Assembly: GCF_964213995.1 (NCBI RefSeq)
Contig: NC_135815.1
Location: 78,616,001 to 78,680,000, forward strand
DNA from: Mustelus asterias
Lineage: Eukaryota
Reading direction: 5' to 3'
Length of the DNA: 64,000 nt
Shown here: in pieces, positions 12,131 to 24,208 of the stretch
How the letters are laid out: each line of letters opens with the position of its first letter
Position numbering within the stretch: position 1 is the first letter of the stretch
The notes under the pieces: generated by a model
Databases searched by the model: none
The model's input: the letters and a program-made list of their open reading frames with translations, nothing else
Told to the model about the DNA's origin: nothing
Position numbers and translations under genes: made by a program

Positions 12131-13828
12131 TCAGCCTAGAATGGACAAGACTTAAATATCTGTGGCAAATTTAGTTTGTATTCACCACACAAATACAGCA
12201 ACTTCATGCCACTTGATGTATTTCAGCCATCAGATAGACAGCAAGATGCTGTTTTTACAAAGCTAATGGCGGAGTATTGCAGCTCGGACAGCATGTTTTG
12301 GGTTAAAGGCTGGAAATTTACCGCCTCGTGCAGAATGGCATTCTCTGTTGGCCTCAGGTGGGATCTCACAAGCCTTGGGCGGGCGAGGTCGTAAAATACC
12401 GGCAAAAGTGTTTAACCATTTATTTGTTCCTCATATACCATTTGTGCATAAATAACGGTGAGCATCAATTGTCCTCACTATTATTTTGACAGGAAAATCT
12501 GGGTCACCATGCCACCTAATGTCATGAGAGATCATTATTGTCAGCCAAAGTTGTAATTTAACATTGGATTTCCTGTTAGATCATCACAAGGTGCATCATA
12601 GGTAAGGTTATGGGTAAGTGTATTACAGCTAAATGTTTACATTTTAATGAACTTCTCCTTAGAAGTTTTTACAATAGCATTTTACAGTGTAAACTCGTGA
12701 CGCAGTGTGGATCCCACACAAGACTTTTAACAGTACATTGATATACATGTTCATGGTGTGGGAGAAAGCATGGACCATGATTGCATCAAAAGTAAATCAA
12801 GGATTGGATCCTGGACAGGCATGTGTATTAGCTGAAATTCATATCAAGGAAGGATGCATTATTCAAGTCATTTGAACTCCATTATGTAGCATTTGAGAAT
12901 TTAAAAAATTTGGTGTATGTAACTCTGAAACAGTGAAAGTGGGAGGAGAATATTGGATGTTAATGCAGGCCAGCAGCAAGAGAACATATGTGAAGGATGG
13001 ATGGAAAACTTGAGTAAGTGTCTGAAGTGAATGTAATCTTGATCTGAAATTGAAGAAGGTCTTGTAGAAAGGGAAAAGTGAATGAACATTGCTGGCAACA
13101 ATTGCATGTGTTGCAATCATTAGTACTGAGGGCGCGAATGAGTGAGAAAACGGGAGAGAATTGCACCCATTTTTGGCAAGCTCCGAATCACAATCTTATG
13201 GCACATGGTGCAAAAAGAGTGATGGTCATCACATCTGGTCTCCCGTTGGCGGAGACCATCTGTGATTCTTGCTGCTGAGAAGCTCGACCGGCGAGTTAAA
13301 GTGAGCCCAGAGACTAGTCCGGTACGATCAGGGGAAGCGGGAAACCGGGCATGTTTCTCCTTTTTTGCCTCTCACCCAATCGTACCACCTTGCCTCACCG
13401 AAAGTCGGGCAGGGCGAGGTCGTAAGATCACACCCTTGAGTAACAAAAATTGCTGACCATACTTACAGGAGACTTGGATTTACTCAAACAATCCTGTTAG
13501 ATTTTATGCAACACTTTGTCAACCTATTCTTTCCTCTATACTTGAATGCTTCCATTTCTTAAAGCATCTCAATCAAGAACTAATGGTGGCTATCCAATTG
13601 ACAGAAGCTTAACTAAGTGACTAGATAATCTGTTTGAGCTTGCAACCTTCTAGCTAAGTTTCAAAATCTCAACCTGGGCCCCTTCCTGAAGTTTCCTGAA
13701 CCACAGCATACATTTGTACCTTGTTCAGAAAGCAATTCATTAACTTCTTCTATTTCACAAAATGCTGTTTTCTAAAAATGTGATTAGATTCATACAATTA
13801 GAGGCACATTCCCTGCACAATGTGATAC

Positions 13829-13965
13829 CTATTTTGTGCTGATGTAGAGCTTGTTTTTTTCTGATTCTGTTGATGGTCGTGCTGGAGTATTTCTATAAAC
13901 TCTGTCATTTCTTTCTGTCTTTCACCAAGTTCTTTGATTTGAGTGGTTGCTCCTTGAAGTTCATC
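13829..13965 (-). CDS. ARHGEF33: ARHGEF33 coding exon (137 nt, phase 0-2), coiled-coil region
   Basis: attttacag|GAT GAA CTT...AAT AG|gtatca. DELQGATTQIKELGERQKEMTEFIEILQHD resembles human EELSNAMSMIQAITSKQEEMQQKIEQLQQE. Confidence 0.88.
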
Positions 13966-14103
13966 CTGTAAAATGAATTTTTAAAACAACCTTGTTACAA
14001 AAAAAAACTTCCAAGTCAGAATCCTACTCCAGACACTGAAGCATGTAATCCAGCCTAGCACTCCAGTGTGCTACTGAAAATGTGCTGCATTATTAGACCT
14101 GCC

Positions 14104-15189
14104 GGGGGGCGATTCTCCTGGCTTTTGCAGCTGGGAGACTCAAGCGGAGGCCATTTCGCGGGCTTCCCGCTGGGCGCTACAGCCTCCACAAGTATCCGGC
14201 CACCGGATTTCCAGCGCCGTCAGCTCTGCGCCAGAAATCGGCACGGAGAGATATAAATTATTTAAATCGTGATTTACATATAATTCGCAGGCCCGGGACT
14301 GAAGTCTCTGGGTCCACTAGCAACCCCCCCCCCCCCCCAGCTCCCCCCCCACCTTCCCCCCCCCACCAGGAGTGTTTCACTCCAGGTGGGGTTTACAACG
14401 GCTCCCCACTAATGGGGAGCTGGTGGCCCGACCCCGCCTAGGTGAAGGACAGCCATTGAGGTCCCCCAGGAGGTCAGGGGTGAGGGGGGTTGCCCCCTGG
14501 GGATTGCCAGCCTGGCAATGCCAGTCTGGCCTCCTGACACTGTGCAAAGGGCAAAGTGGCAATGCCCAGGGGCATCTTGGCATTGCTCACCAGGCATGGG
14601 ACAGTGCCAAGAGGGGCCCTAATGGAGGTGGGGCCTTTGGGGGCAATCAGTAGGGTTGAGGGGGGAACCCGTTGCCACTCTGCACTTGGGATCGTAGGCA
14701 GAGTTCTATGATCTCTGGCCAGCGATTGGGGCTGGCCATCAGGGTTGGGGGGGTCAGCCTGCTGGGAGGGTCGGGGCTGTTGGGGGGTGCAGATCGGGAC
14801 TGCAAGGGGGGAGATCAGAACTGCAGGGGTGGGAGGGAGTCGAGGCTGGCCCGGACATGTCTGGGGGAGCCAGCGATCGGGCTGTGACAGGATCAGAGAG
14901 GCAGCAATGCGGGGCTGGCCAATGATTGAACTGGCCAGCAATCGGGAGGCTGGCAGTGCGGGGCTACTGCGCATGCGCCGATCTCGATGCTGACAGATCG
15001 GCACATGCGCAGTGGCCCGCTCAGTGCTGAGCTGCCAGCCTCTCCATTGGGAATAGGCCCTGCCCACTGATTTTTAGCATGAATCACGCTGGTGCACTCA
15101 GCAATGCTCAGAATATGGGAGATTCACTTTGAAAATCCCGCTAAAAAAGCGAATTAGACACTTAGAATTTTTTTGGGAGAATCCCACCC
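14104..15189. mobile_element. GC-rich non-autonomous TIR element (Harbinger-type MITE) inserted in a Deu-SINE
   Basis: Imperfect TIRs GGGGCGATTCTCC...GGGAGAATCCCACCC. It splits a Deu-SINE (about 14031-14100 and 15190-15480). A related sequence lies at 54345-55250. Confidence 0.6.
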
Positions 15190-15841
15190 ATCACCTTTGA
15201 AGCAAGACATTAAACCAGGGCCCTATCTCCACTCTTAAGTGGATGTAAGAAAGCCCATAGCATTATTTTGAAGAAGAGCTGGGGGGTTTCCCCCAGTGTC
15301 ATTACCAACATTTTCCTGTCAACTGACAACACTAAAGGATTAACCGGTTATTCACCTCGATGCATTTGCTATGCAATAACTGTTGCACTTTCCTACATGA
15401 TAACAATGATTACATTTCAAAACTGCTTCATATGTTTTAGGACCCCTGAGGTTGCGAAAGGCACTATTTATGTGCAAGTTTGTTTATTTGTTACTATGCA
15501 AATTATGCCAATAGTGGAGTCTAAGGGAAAGATTTTTGTCATGGAGGCAGGAAACCTTCCAACTCGGCAGACCCATCTCCATGGAAATGATGCCCACACA
15601 CACGATTTACGCTCCTGGTGGATAGGGATGGGCGTCAGACCTGCTGCCTCTGAAGGTGGTTCGGAGGTGGTCGGGTGCCATGGCAACTTGCTTAGAAGGC
15701 CTGCCTCAGTTCTCTGAGACTTCAGCCCAGTCTTATAAAAGGGTGTGGAGGCCCCCTAGACCTCACCCTCCACCTCACCCACTCCTATAAGCCCTCATAC
15801 CCACATGCGTATCATGACATCTTTAAACTGTCAATCAAAAC

Positions 15842-16173
15842 ATCGCTTCTCGGCCTTTTGGCTAAGATCAAGTGTAGTATGGATCGCCTGCACTTGGTTG
15901 AGGTCATTAGGTTACGCTGAGGCTTCATATGTTTCATATGAAGCAATTTTTAAAAGCGGCATCTCGGCCTTTTGGCTAAGATGCAAATGAGCTCAAGTCT
16001 TGGAGGAGGATCCTCCCCCTTCTCCAATCAGCTTGACACATGTAGATCAGGCCCAGGACAGGGTGGTTTTGGTCTCCCGTCCTGTCTTGTCAGCCTGGAT
16101 CTGAAATGTCTCAACTTGTTGAGACTCTGAATTGGATTTGATTTGATTGAATTGGAAAAGTATATTTTTAAAA
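15842..16173 (+). mobile_element. U2 snRNA-headed retroposed element (candidate SINEU-like SINE)
   Basis: 15842-15880 is U2 nt 1-39 (ATCGCTTCTCGGCCTTTTGGCTAAGATCAAGTGTAGTAT). A second U2 stem-loop I copy lies at 15962-15982. Short A tail; 17-bp TSD AAACTGTCAATCAAAAC at 15825-15841 and 16174-16190. Confidence 0.85.
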
Positions 16174-17483
16174 AAACTGTCAATCAAAACATGAACTCAA
16201 TCCCCCTGCTGAGGTAAGTGAATTTGGAGCTTTTGAAACTCAAAGCGTTTAAATGGATCAACTGTAATAACACTTCTTGGAAAATGTCAATATTTAAGTG
16301 TATCAGAATTGCAGGAACAGGTAGTATTTTTTAAGCTATATCAATGGCCTGTCAATCAATACACTCCAGCGATGTTTTTTAACTCTGACAGTTACAGCCT
16401 GCTTTCCCCCCACCCCACTTTTGAAGGGCTAGAGATTTAAACAACTTCAGATCATGATACTTAAACAGACATTATCAGCTCTGAAGAGCATTTATGCTTC
16501 CTCCATAAATTAGTGACTCCAATACTGCCCTTGGAACAATGAAAATGGGGTCTAGTTGAACTCAGCACAAATTTCAAATAGCCTTGCTGAGTTTGTGTTT
16601 CCCACCTGTATAGTCCACATGCTGTCCCTTCCTCCGCTAACAAAAATAGGATATGCCAGAAATGGGGCGGCACAGCCCACCATCTTCAAAGGCCTCCAGA
16701 GTCAACTCGACTCTGAAAACCTGGCCCTAAATGTACTTTGTAGGGACATTGAGAAACAATAGAAGTGTTAATAGCAGGCTAATGCTACAGACGAGAGGCT
16801 AATGTATAGAATTCAGAGGTTTGTGACATTTCATGTTCTTTTAAAAAGCATTATCAGGGACATAGACAAGCGGTTTGTTTGCTCATTCTCTGTCTGGGAA
16901 TGGTTTAACATAAATGGGGAACTAAGAAAGAAGAAATTGTATGTTGTTTAAAAAGTACATTAAGCAATCAATAAGTAGTGTGGAGTACTTGAGGAACCAT
17001 TACTGTTTTAGGAAGGAAATAAATATGGAAAACCATAGCCTTATTTTCAATCTGTGCAAAAGACATGGGGAGGGTGTGATTTTCTGCCCCAGTTTCAGCA
17101 ATCAGGAAAGCTGGAGGGGGCAGAGAATCCAACGGAAGTCCCAAAATGTCTTTTATGGCAGTAGGATTTCCTGCTGTGATTGTCCCTGCCCCCTGCCAAT
17201 GACATTGTGCCGGGGGCAGGGGTGTACTCTGGGGACACTCCTATGTTCTTTGGGAGAGTTTCTGGAAGGTTCTGTGTCCACGGGGGGAGGGTTCTGTCCC
17301 TGTGCTGGGGGGTGGGGGGAGGTCAGTTTTTTTGTTTTTACAAAACCCTAATCTGTTAGAAACTAAGGTTGCCAGCGGGGCAGGCTCATTCAAAGCGCCC
17401 TACCAGCATAACTTCACGGGACCCGCTCTTCCATTTTTTGTCTCTAAGTGTTCACAGCTGATGGACTGCTCTCTACTTTTTCC

Positions 17484-19689
17484 CAGTAAGAAGTCTCACA
17501 CCAGGTTAAAGTCCAACAGGTTTATTTGGCAGCACTAGCTTTCGGAGCCTCAAGCGCCTTCTTCAGGTGAGTGAGGACTTGTGTTCATAAACAGGGCATA
17601 TAAAGACACAAATTCAATTTACAAGATAATGGTTGGAATGCGAGTCTTTACAGGTAATCAAGTCTTAAAGGTACAGACAATGTGAGTGGAGTGAGGGTTA
17701 AGCACAGGTTAAAGAGATGTGTTTTGTCTCCAGCCAGGACAGTTAGTGAGATTTTGCAAGCCCAGGCAAGTCGTGGGGGTAGACATAGTGTGACATGAAC
17801 CCAAGATCCTGGTTGAGGCCGTCCTCATGTGTGTGGAACTTGGCTATTAGTTTCTGCTCAGCGATTCTGCGTTGTCGTGTGTCGTGAAGGCCGCCTTGGA
17901 GAACGCTTACCCGAAGATCAGAGGCTGAATGCCCGTGACTGCTGAAGTGTTCCCCGACTGGAAGGGAACACTCCTGCCTGGTGATTGTTTTTTTCTGATT
18001 CTGAATACAGTCACATTGTCTGATTCTCAAAGGGGTGATTGTTGAGCAGTGCTCATTCATTCGTTGTCGTAGCATCTACATGGTCTCCCCAATGTACCAT
18101 GCCTCGGGACATCCTTTCCTGCAGCGTATCAGGTAGACAACGTTGGCCGAGTGCAAGAGTATGTACCGTGTATCTGGTGGATGGTGTTCTCATGTGAGAT
18201 GATGGCATCCGTGTCGATGATCCGGCACGTCTTGCAGAGGTTGCTGTGGCAGGGTTGTGTGATGTCGTGGTCACTGTTCTCCTGAAGGCTGGGTAGTTTG
18301 CTGCGGACAATGGTCTGTTTGAGGTTGTGTGGTTGTTTGAAGGCAAGAAGTGAGGGTGTGGGAATGGCCTTGGCGAGATGTTCGTCTTCATCGATGACAT
18401 GTTGAAGGCTCCAAAGAAGATGTCGTAGCTTCTCCGCTCCGGGGAAGTACTGGATGACGAAGGGTACTCTGTCCACCGTGTCCTGTGTTTGTCTTCTGAG
18501 GAGGTTGGTGCAGTTTTTCACTGTGGCACGTCGGAACTGTCGATCGAAGAGTTGAACGCCATATCCTGTTCTTATGAGGGCATCTTTCAGCGTCTGTAGG
18601 TGTCTGTTGAAATCCTCCTCATCTGAGCAGATCCTGTGTATATGGAGGGCTTGTCCGTAGGGGATGGCTTCTTTGACGTGTTTAGGGTGGAAGCTGGAGA
18701 AGTGAGGTTATCCGTGGGCTTGCGGTAAAGTGAAGTGCTGAGGTGACCGTCCTTGATGGAGATGCGTGTGTCCAAGAATGCAACCAATTCTGGAGAGTAG
18801 TCCATGCTGAGTCTGATGGTGGCATGGAACTTGTTGATGTCATCATATAGTTGTTTCAATGATTGTTCGCCATGAGTCCAAAGGCAGAAAATGTTATTGA
18901 TGTATCTAGTGTATAGCATCGGTTGAAGGTCCTGTGCAGTGAAGAGGTCTTGTTCGAACCTGTGCATAAAGATGTTGGCATTTTGAGGTGCGAATTTGGT
19001 CCTCATGGCTGCTCCGTGTGTCTGGATGAAGAACTGGTTGTTGAAGGTGAAGACGTTGTGGTCCAAGATGAAGCAGATGAGTTGTAGAATTGCATCTGGA
19101 GATTGGCAGTTGTCGGTGTTGAGTACTGAGGCAGTTGCAGCAATGCCGTCGTCATGGGGGATGCTGGTGTAGAGTGCTGAGACATCCATTGTGACGAGGA
19201 GTGCTCCTGGTTCAACTGCTCCATTTCTGTAGGAAGTCCGTAGTGTCATGACAAAAGCTGGGGGTTCTTTGTACAGTGAAACTGATAGCCAAGTTTCGCA
19301 CACATGAGGACGGCCTCAACCGGGATCTTGGGTTCATGTCACACTATCTGTAACCCCCACGACTTGTCTGGGCTTGCAAAATCTCATTAACTGTCCTGGC
19401 TGGAGACAATACACACCTCTTTAACTTGTGCTTGGCCCTCTCTCCACTCACATTCTTTGTACTTTTAAGACTTGATTACCTGTAAAGACTCACATTCCAA
19501 CCATTATTTTGTAAATTGAGTTTGTGTCTTTATATGACCTGTTTGTGAACACAAGTCCTCACTCACCTGAAGGAGGAGCTTGAGTCTTCGAAAGTTTGTG
19601 CTACCAAATAAACCTGTTGGACTTTAACCTGGTGTTGTGAGACTTCTTACTGTGTTTACCCCAGTCCAACAACGGCATCTCCACATCAT
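17484..19689 (-). mobile_element. Penelope-like element (RT plus GIY-YIG), 5'-truncated, with an inverted second terminal repeat
   Basis: RT motifs TMDVSALYTSIPHDDG and RYINNIF (decayed YIDD); GIY-YIG YLIRCRKGCPEAWYIGET. Inverted copy at about 19278-19689. 13-bp TSD CTCTACTTTTTCC at 17471-17483 and 19690-19702. Confidence 0.92.
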
Positions 19690-19909
19690 CTCTACTTTTT
19701 CCACCAAAGACAACACTTAGAAGAAAATCTGAAAAGATCATGGATTCCGTTCATCATACAAAGACATTTCTACAATACAAATTATTGCTTTGTTAGTCAA
19801 TAAACAGCATTGGAAAGTTTTTGGTAAATCATTTAAAAAATGATTGAATCTATGGGCAAATTTACAGTTGGGTCTTATTATGTGATAATAAAACAATGAG
19901 ATATAAGCA

Positions 19910-20500
19910 AGACTAACCATCTCCAACTTTCCAAACTGCTTGTCTGACATTCAGGCCTGGTTGATCAGAAGTTTCCTCCAATTAAATATTAGGAAGACTG
20001 AAACAAATGCCTTCAACAATTTACTGTTTCCTAACAATTATCCCTCTTGTTGGTAATTGTCTAAGGCTGAGCTAGAACATTTGCATCCTTGGTATCCCAT
20101 TTGACCCTGAATTGAGCTTCAGACCACATAACCATTCCATCGTCAAGCTTGCCTACTTCCATGTCTGCACCATTGTCCAACTCCACCCCACCTCAGCTCA
20201 TCTGCTGCTGAATCCTTATTCATGACTTTGTTACGTATAGACTTGACTATTTCAATGCTTTCCAAACCTACCCTCCATTAAACTCATCCAAAGCTCTGCT
20301 GCCCATATCCTAAATTGCACTAAGACCCTTGCACCTGTCCCCTCAATGCTTCTTCCGGTCTGTAAACACCTCAATTTAGAAATTTCCATCTTTGTTTTCA
20401 AATCCATCCATGGCTTTGTACCTTCCTATCTCTGTAATCTCTTCCAGCCCTATAATACTTAGAGATCCCTATGCTCCTCCAATTCTGTCCTCCTCTGTTT
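19910..20500 (+). mobile_element. Old L2 LINE 3' fragment
   Basis: CLSDIQAWL..FLQLNI.KTE and IHDFVT.RLDYFN motifs typical of L2, heavily decayed. Confidence 0.7.
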
Positions 20501-20514
20501 TAATTACTCAAATT

Positions 20515-20866
20515 GTGGCACAATAGCACAGTGGTTATCACTACTGCCTAACAGTGCCAGGGACCTGGGTTTGATTCCAGCCTTGGGTGACTGTCTGTGT
20601 GGAGTTTGTATGTTCTCCCCGTGTCATCATGGGTTTCCTCTGGGTGCTCCAGTTTCCTCCGACAGTCCAAGTTTAGGTGGATTGGCCATATTAAATTGCC
20701 CTTTGGCGTCCAAAGATGTGTAGGTTGGGGGGATTAGCAGGGTAGATGCACAGGGTTACGGAGACAGGGTGGGTGTTGGGCCTGGGTAAGATGCTCTGTT
20801 GAAGAGTCTGTGCAGACTCAATAGGCTGAATGGCCTCCTCCTGGACTGTAGGGATTCTATAATTCT
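20515..20866 (+). mobile_element. HE1/V-SINE
   Basis: Same head, V-domain and tail as the copy at 11288. Confidence 0.85.
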
Positions 20867-21774
20867 CTGATTGTCAGCTTTACCTTCAGCAGACCAGGTA
20901 TTGCAAGTCAACTTAGCTAATTGAATGGTGACACAGGCTTGAGGGGCTGAATAGCCTACCATTTTCGTTCCTATGTTCCTATATCAACAAAGATTGTAAT
21001 TCTGTCTGCATAATGATTATTTAAAAATGTTTCCCATGTGAACAATAGAAAAATAAATGTTTGATTGTTTCTACATCCTGATTACGTAATGTATAACAAC
21101 AGAGTTCGTAATTATATGCAGAAATCAGAAAATTACTGGATGCCTTGCTGAATTGTGAGGTGAGTGAGTTTCCTTTACTTTAAGTTGAAACAGGGGATAC
21201 TATTGTGATATGATAGGTCACAAAGGGACCGTGTAATGTGAAAGGATCTACAGAGACAAAACACTTATTAGCAAAGTGAGCAGCAACCTTTATTTATCGT
21301 TATCAGCTTCTGATCCAGCCAATTCGTCAAATTTAAAATCCTCATTCTAGTACTCAAACGACCCTATGGCCTTGCCTCTCCCAACTTCTATAACATTTCC
21401 CAGTCCTACTGTCCTCCAAGAATTCAGCGTTCATACAATTTTCATCTCTTTGTATCCCGCACCCCATCCAGGCCCTAAGCTCCAGAATTCCCTCCCTAAA
21501 CGTCTCCGTCCCTCTACCTCTCTGTCTTCCATTCTGACAATCTTGAAAACCTACCTCTTTGACCTAACATTTATTCACCTGTCCTAACATCTCTTAAAAT
21601 GGCTCAGTGTCAATTTTAATCTGAAAAATATATTCGCTTTCAAAGGCTAGATTATAATGCCAGCATTGATGGACTTGAGACTGAATGATCCCTTCCAAGC
21701 ATTTCTGAATGCCTACAATCTGTTGAATCATTGAATTATAAGTCTAAAAAACTTCCTACGGCAGAAAATATTTA

Positions 21775-22420
21775 CATAGAAACATAGAAGATAGGAGCAG
21801 GAGGAGGCCATTTGGCCCTTCGAACCTGCTCCGCCATTCATCACGATCATGACTCATCGTCCAACTCAATAGCCTAATCCTGCTTTCTCCCCATAATCTT
21901 TGATCCCATTCGCCCCAAGTGCTATATCAAACCGCGTCTTGAATACATTCAATGTTTTAGCATCAATTACTTCCTGTGGTAATGAATTCCACAGGCTCAC
22001 CACTGTTTGGGTGAAGAAATGTCTCCTTATCTCCGTCCTAAATGGTCTACCCCGAATCCTCAGATTGTGACCCCTGGTTCTGGATTCCCCCACCATTGGG
22101 AACATCCTCCCTGCATCTACCCCATCTAGTCCTGTTAGAATTTTATAAGTCTCTATGAGATTCCCCCCCTCATTCATCTGAACTCCACCAAAACAATCCT
22201 AACCTAGTCAATCCCTCCTCATACGTCAGTCCCACCATTCCTGGAATCAGCCTGGTAAACCTTCGCTGCACTCCCTCGAGAGCAAGAACATCCTTCCTCA
22301 GAAAAGGAGACCAAAACTGCACACAATATTCTAGGTGTGGTCTCACCAAGGCCCTGTATAATTGCAACAACACATCCCTGCTCCTGTACTCGAAACCTCT
22401 TGCAATGAAGGCCAACATGC
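21775..22420 (-). mobile_element. CR1 3' end
   Basis: LYRALVRPHLEYCVQFWSP...TRGHNLRIRGRPFRTEIRRHFF with a (TTCTATGT)n tail. Confidence 0.93.
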
Positions 22421-22804
22421 CATATTTATTTTCCTATGTGAGTCTGACGAGGAGAAGACTTGCATAGCTTATCGATGAGGCTGATTGCATTTGTGGCAGG
22501 GGAAAGTTGGAATCTTTAATTAAAATTGAATAACTGAATATTTATATAAAGAAAAAAGCATGAGAAAAACCTGGGGGACAGATAGGATAAGAAGAAATTA
22601 TTTTAAGCAATAAGTTATGGGTGGGATTTTTTGGTTTCACATGCCTGAAACTAGAAATGACTGCCCATGATCAATGGACCTTTCCATGGTCCGCTAAAAT
22701 TTCCATATGAGTTGTGATGATTGCAGTGGCGGGACTGGAAAATTTACCCATGATCTGGAATGCACTAAAATTGTGGTGAAAACCAATTCAATGGTAAGTT
22801 TTCA

Positions 22805-23150
22805 ACAGCAATAATTTGCACTTGTTTGGTGCTTTTAATTAATAAAATGTCCTCAGGCACTTTACTAGTGTTATCAACCAAAATTTGGTAAGGAGTCACA
22901 GAAGGAGATATTAGGACAGGTTACCAAAGAGGTATGTGGTGGTAGGAGCATTTTAAAGGAGGAAAGAGAAATGGAGAGATTTGGTGAGGGAATTCCAGAG
23001 CTTGGAGCATTAGCAGCGGATGGCACAATCACCAATGGTGGAATGTTCAAAATGATCAAGAGGCCAGAACTGGTGAAACACAGAGATGGTTTAAGGCTGG
23101 AGGAGGTCACAAAGATAGGGAGTGGCAAGGCCATGAAGGGATTTGCAAAC
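22805..23150 (-). mobile_element. L2-type LINE/SINE 3' tail
   Basis: Decayed L2 3' end; related copies at 21330-21620 (+) and 30270-30700 (-). Confidence 0.55.
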
Positions 23151-23598
23151 ATGCTGCCGGTTTGGGGAGGTGGGGGGGGAGATTCATCGTGGGCGGGCAC
23201 TATGGCATAAAGCTATTTAAGTACATTTAAATTTATTCAAATTAATGGAAATCAGGTTCATGTCCTTTCTGGGTATGAATTTGGTCACTTCACCAGTGGG
23301 AAGAGGGAAAGATCTCAAACTGAGATCTCGCAGGTGCAAATCCCATTATGGCCCTCTTGTGAGACCTAGCAGCCATAACGGGATTTGCACCTGCGGTGAA
23401 AGGGTCCGCTACATTCCACCCATTGTTTAAGAATAGTTTAGATAGATAAGGTTAATATGGTGGGCCCATAGTATTAGGGCTACTGCTTATGTGGAGGATA
23501 AAAACCAATATATTCATTTAGAGTTGATCAACAATTCTACCCTGTTCTTTGGAAAGAAATGGATATAATTTTTTTGATGACTAGAAACATTTTCACAC

Positions 23599-23763
23599 CT
23601 TAAATAAGCTTATTGTGTCTTTAAGCTGCTTCAGTTTTTCTTGCCATTCCAGTTCAAAAGTTCGAATGCTTTCCTTCAGGAAGTGTTTGGCATCCTCAAT
23701 TCTGGCCAACACTTGCATGGATCCTGTGAATTCAGCTTTCAGGTCAGCGACCAAAGCCTGCAA
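23599..23763 (-). CDS. ARHGEF33: ARHGEF33 coding exon (165 nt, phase 0-0)
   Basis: tttag|TTG CAG GCT...TTT AAG|gtgtga. LQALVADLKAEFTGSMQVLARIEDAKHFLKESIRTFELEWQEKLKQLKDTISLFK resembles human LQALASELKTGFTEAMQELSRIQ...KNSLNYFK. Confidence 0.92.
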
Positions 23764-23821
23764 CTAAATAACACTGCATGAGTTAAGCACAGACTACACA
23801 TTATGGAACTCTGCCAACAAC

Positions 23822-24208
23822 TCCAGAGCCTTGAGCACATTATCCAGGCTGACACACAGTGCAGTGCTGAGAGAGTGCTGCACTGCTGGAGATGCTGTTT
23901 TTCAAATTAAACTTTAAACCGAGGCCCAGTCTGCATTGGATGTTGAAGATCCCATGGCATTAATTTGACAAAGAGCAGAAAAGTTCTATTGAGTGTCTTG
24001 GTCAATAAAAATCCCTCAACAAATATCACAAAAATCAAATTATCTGGTCATCATCATGTTGCCAGTTATGGCACTGTGCTCTGCATAAACTGGCTGCAAT
24101 ATTCCCCACACTACAAGTGTGATGACACTTGAAAAGCATTTCATTGGCTGAGAAGTGCTTTGGTGGGCTCTTGAGGTCATGTAAGGTGCAATATGAATGC
24201 AAGTCATT
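23822..24208 (+). mobile_element. Deu-domain SINE (SacSINE1/AmnSINE-like)
   Basis: GAGTGCTGCACTG...TTAAACCGAGGCCC...GAAGATCCCATGGCA Deu core and an L2-like tail. Other copies at about 25225-25482 (+), 38826-39087 (-) and 40290-40500 (-). Confidence 0.75.

Noticed and set aside
12439-12572. Alternative phase 2-1 ARHGEF33 exon candidate
   Set aside because: Open frame but weak polypyrimidine tract and no similarity; 7114-7259 fits better.
13720-13771. Possible ARHGEF33 exon KTAFCEIEEVNELLSEQ
   Set aside because: It needs phase-0 entry, but the preceding exon ends in phase 2, which gives a stop. The intron would be only 57 nt.
15842-15880. Functional U2 snRNA gene
   Set aside because: Only nt 1-39 match. 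Canonical stems II-IV are absent, and the copy is flanked by a TSD with no recognisable upstream snRNA promoter.
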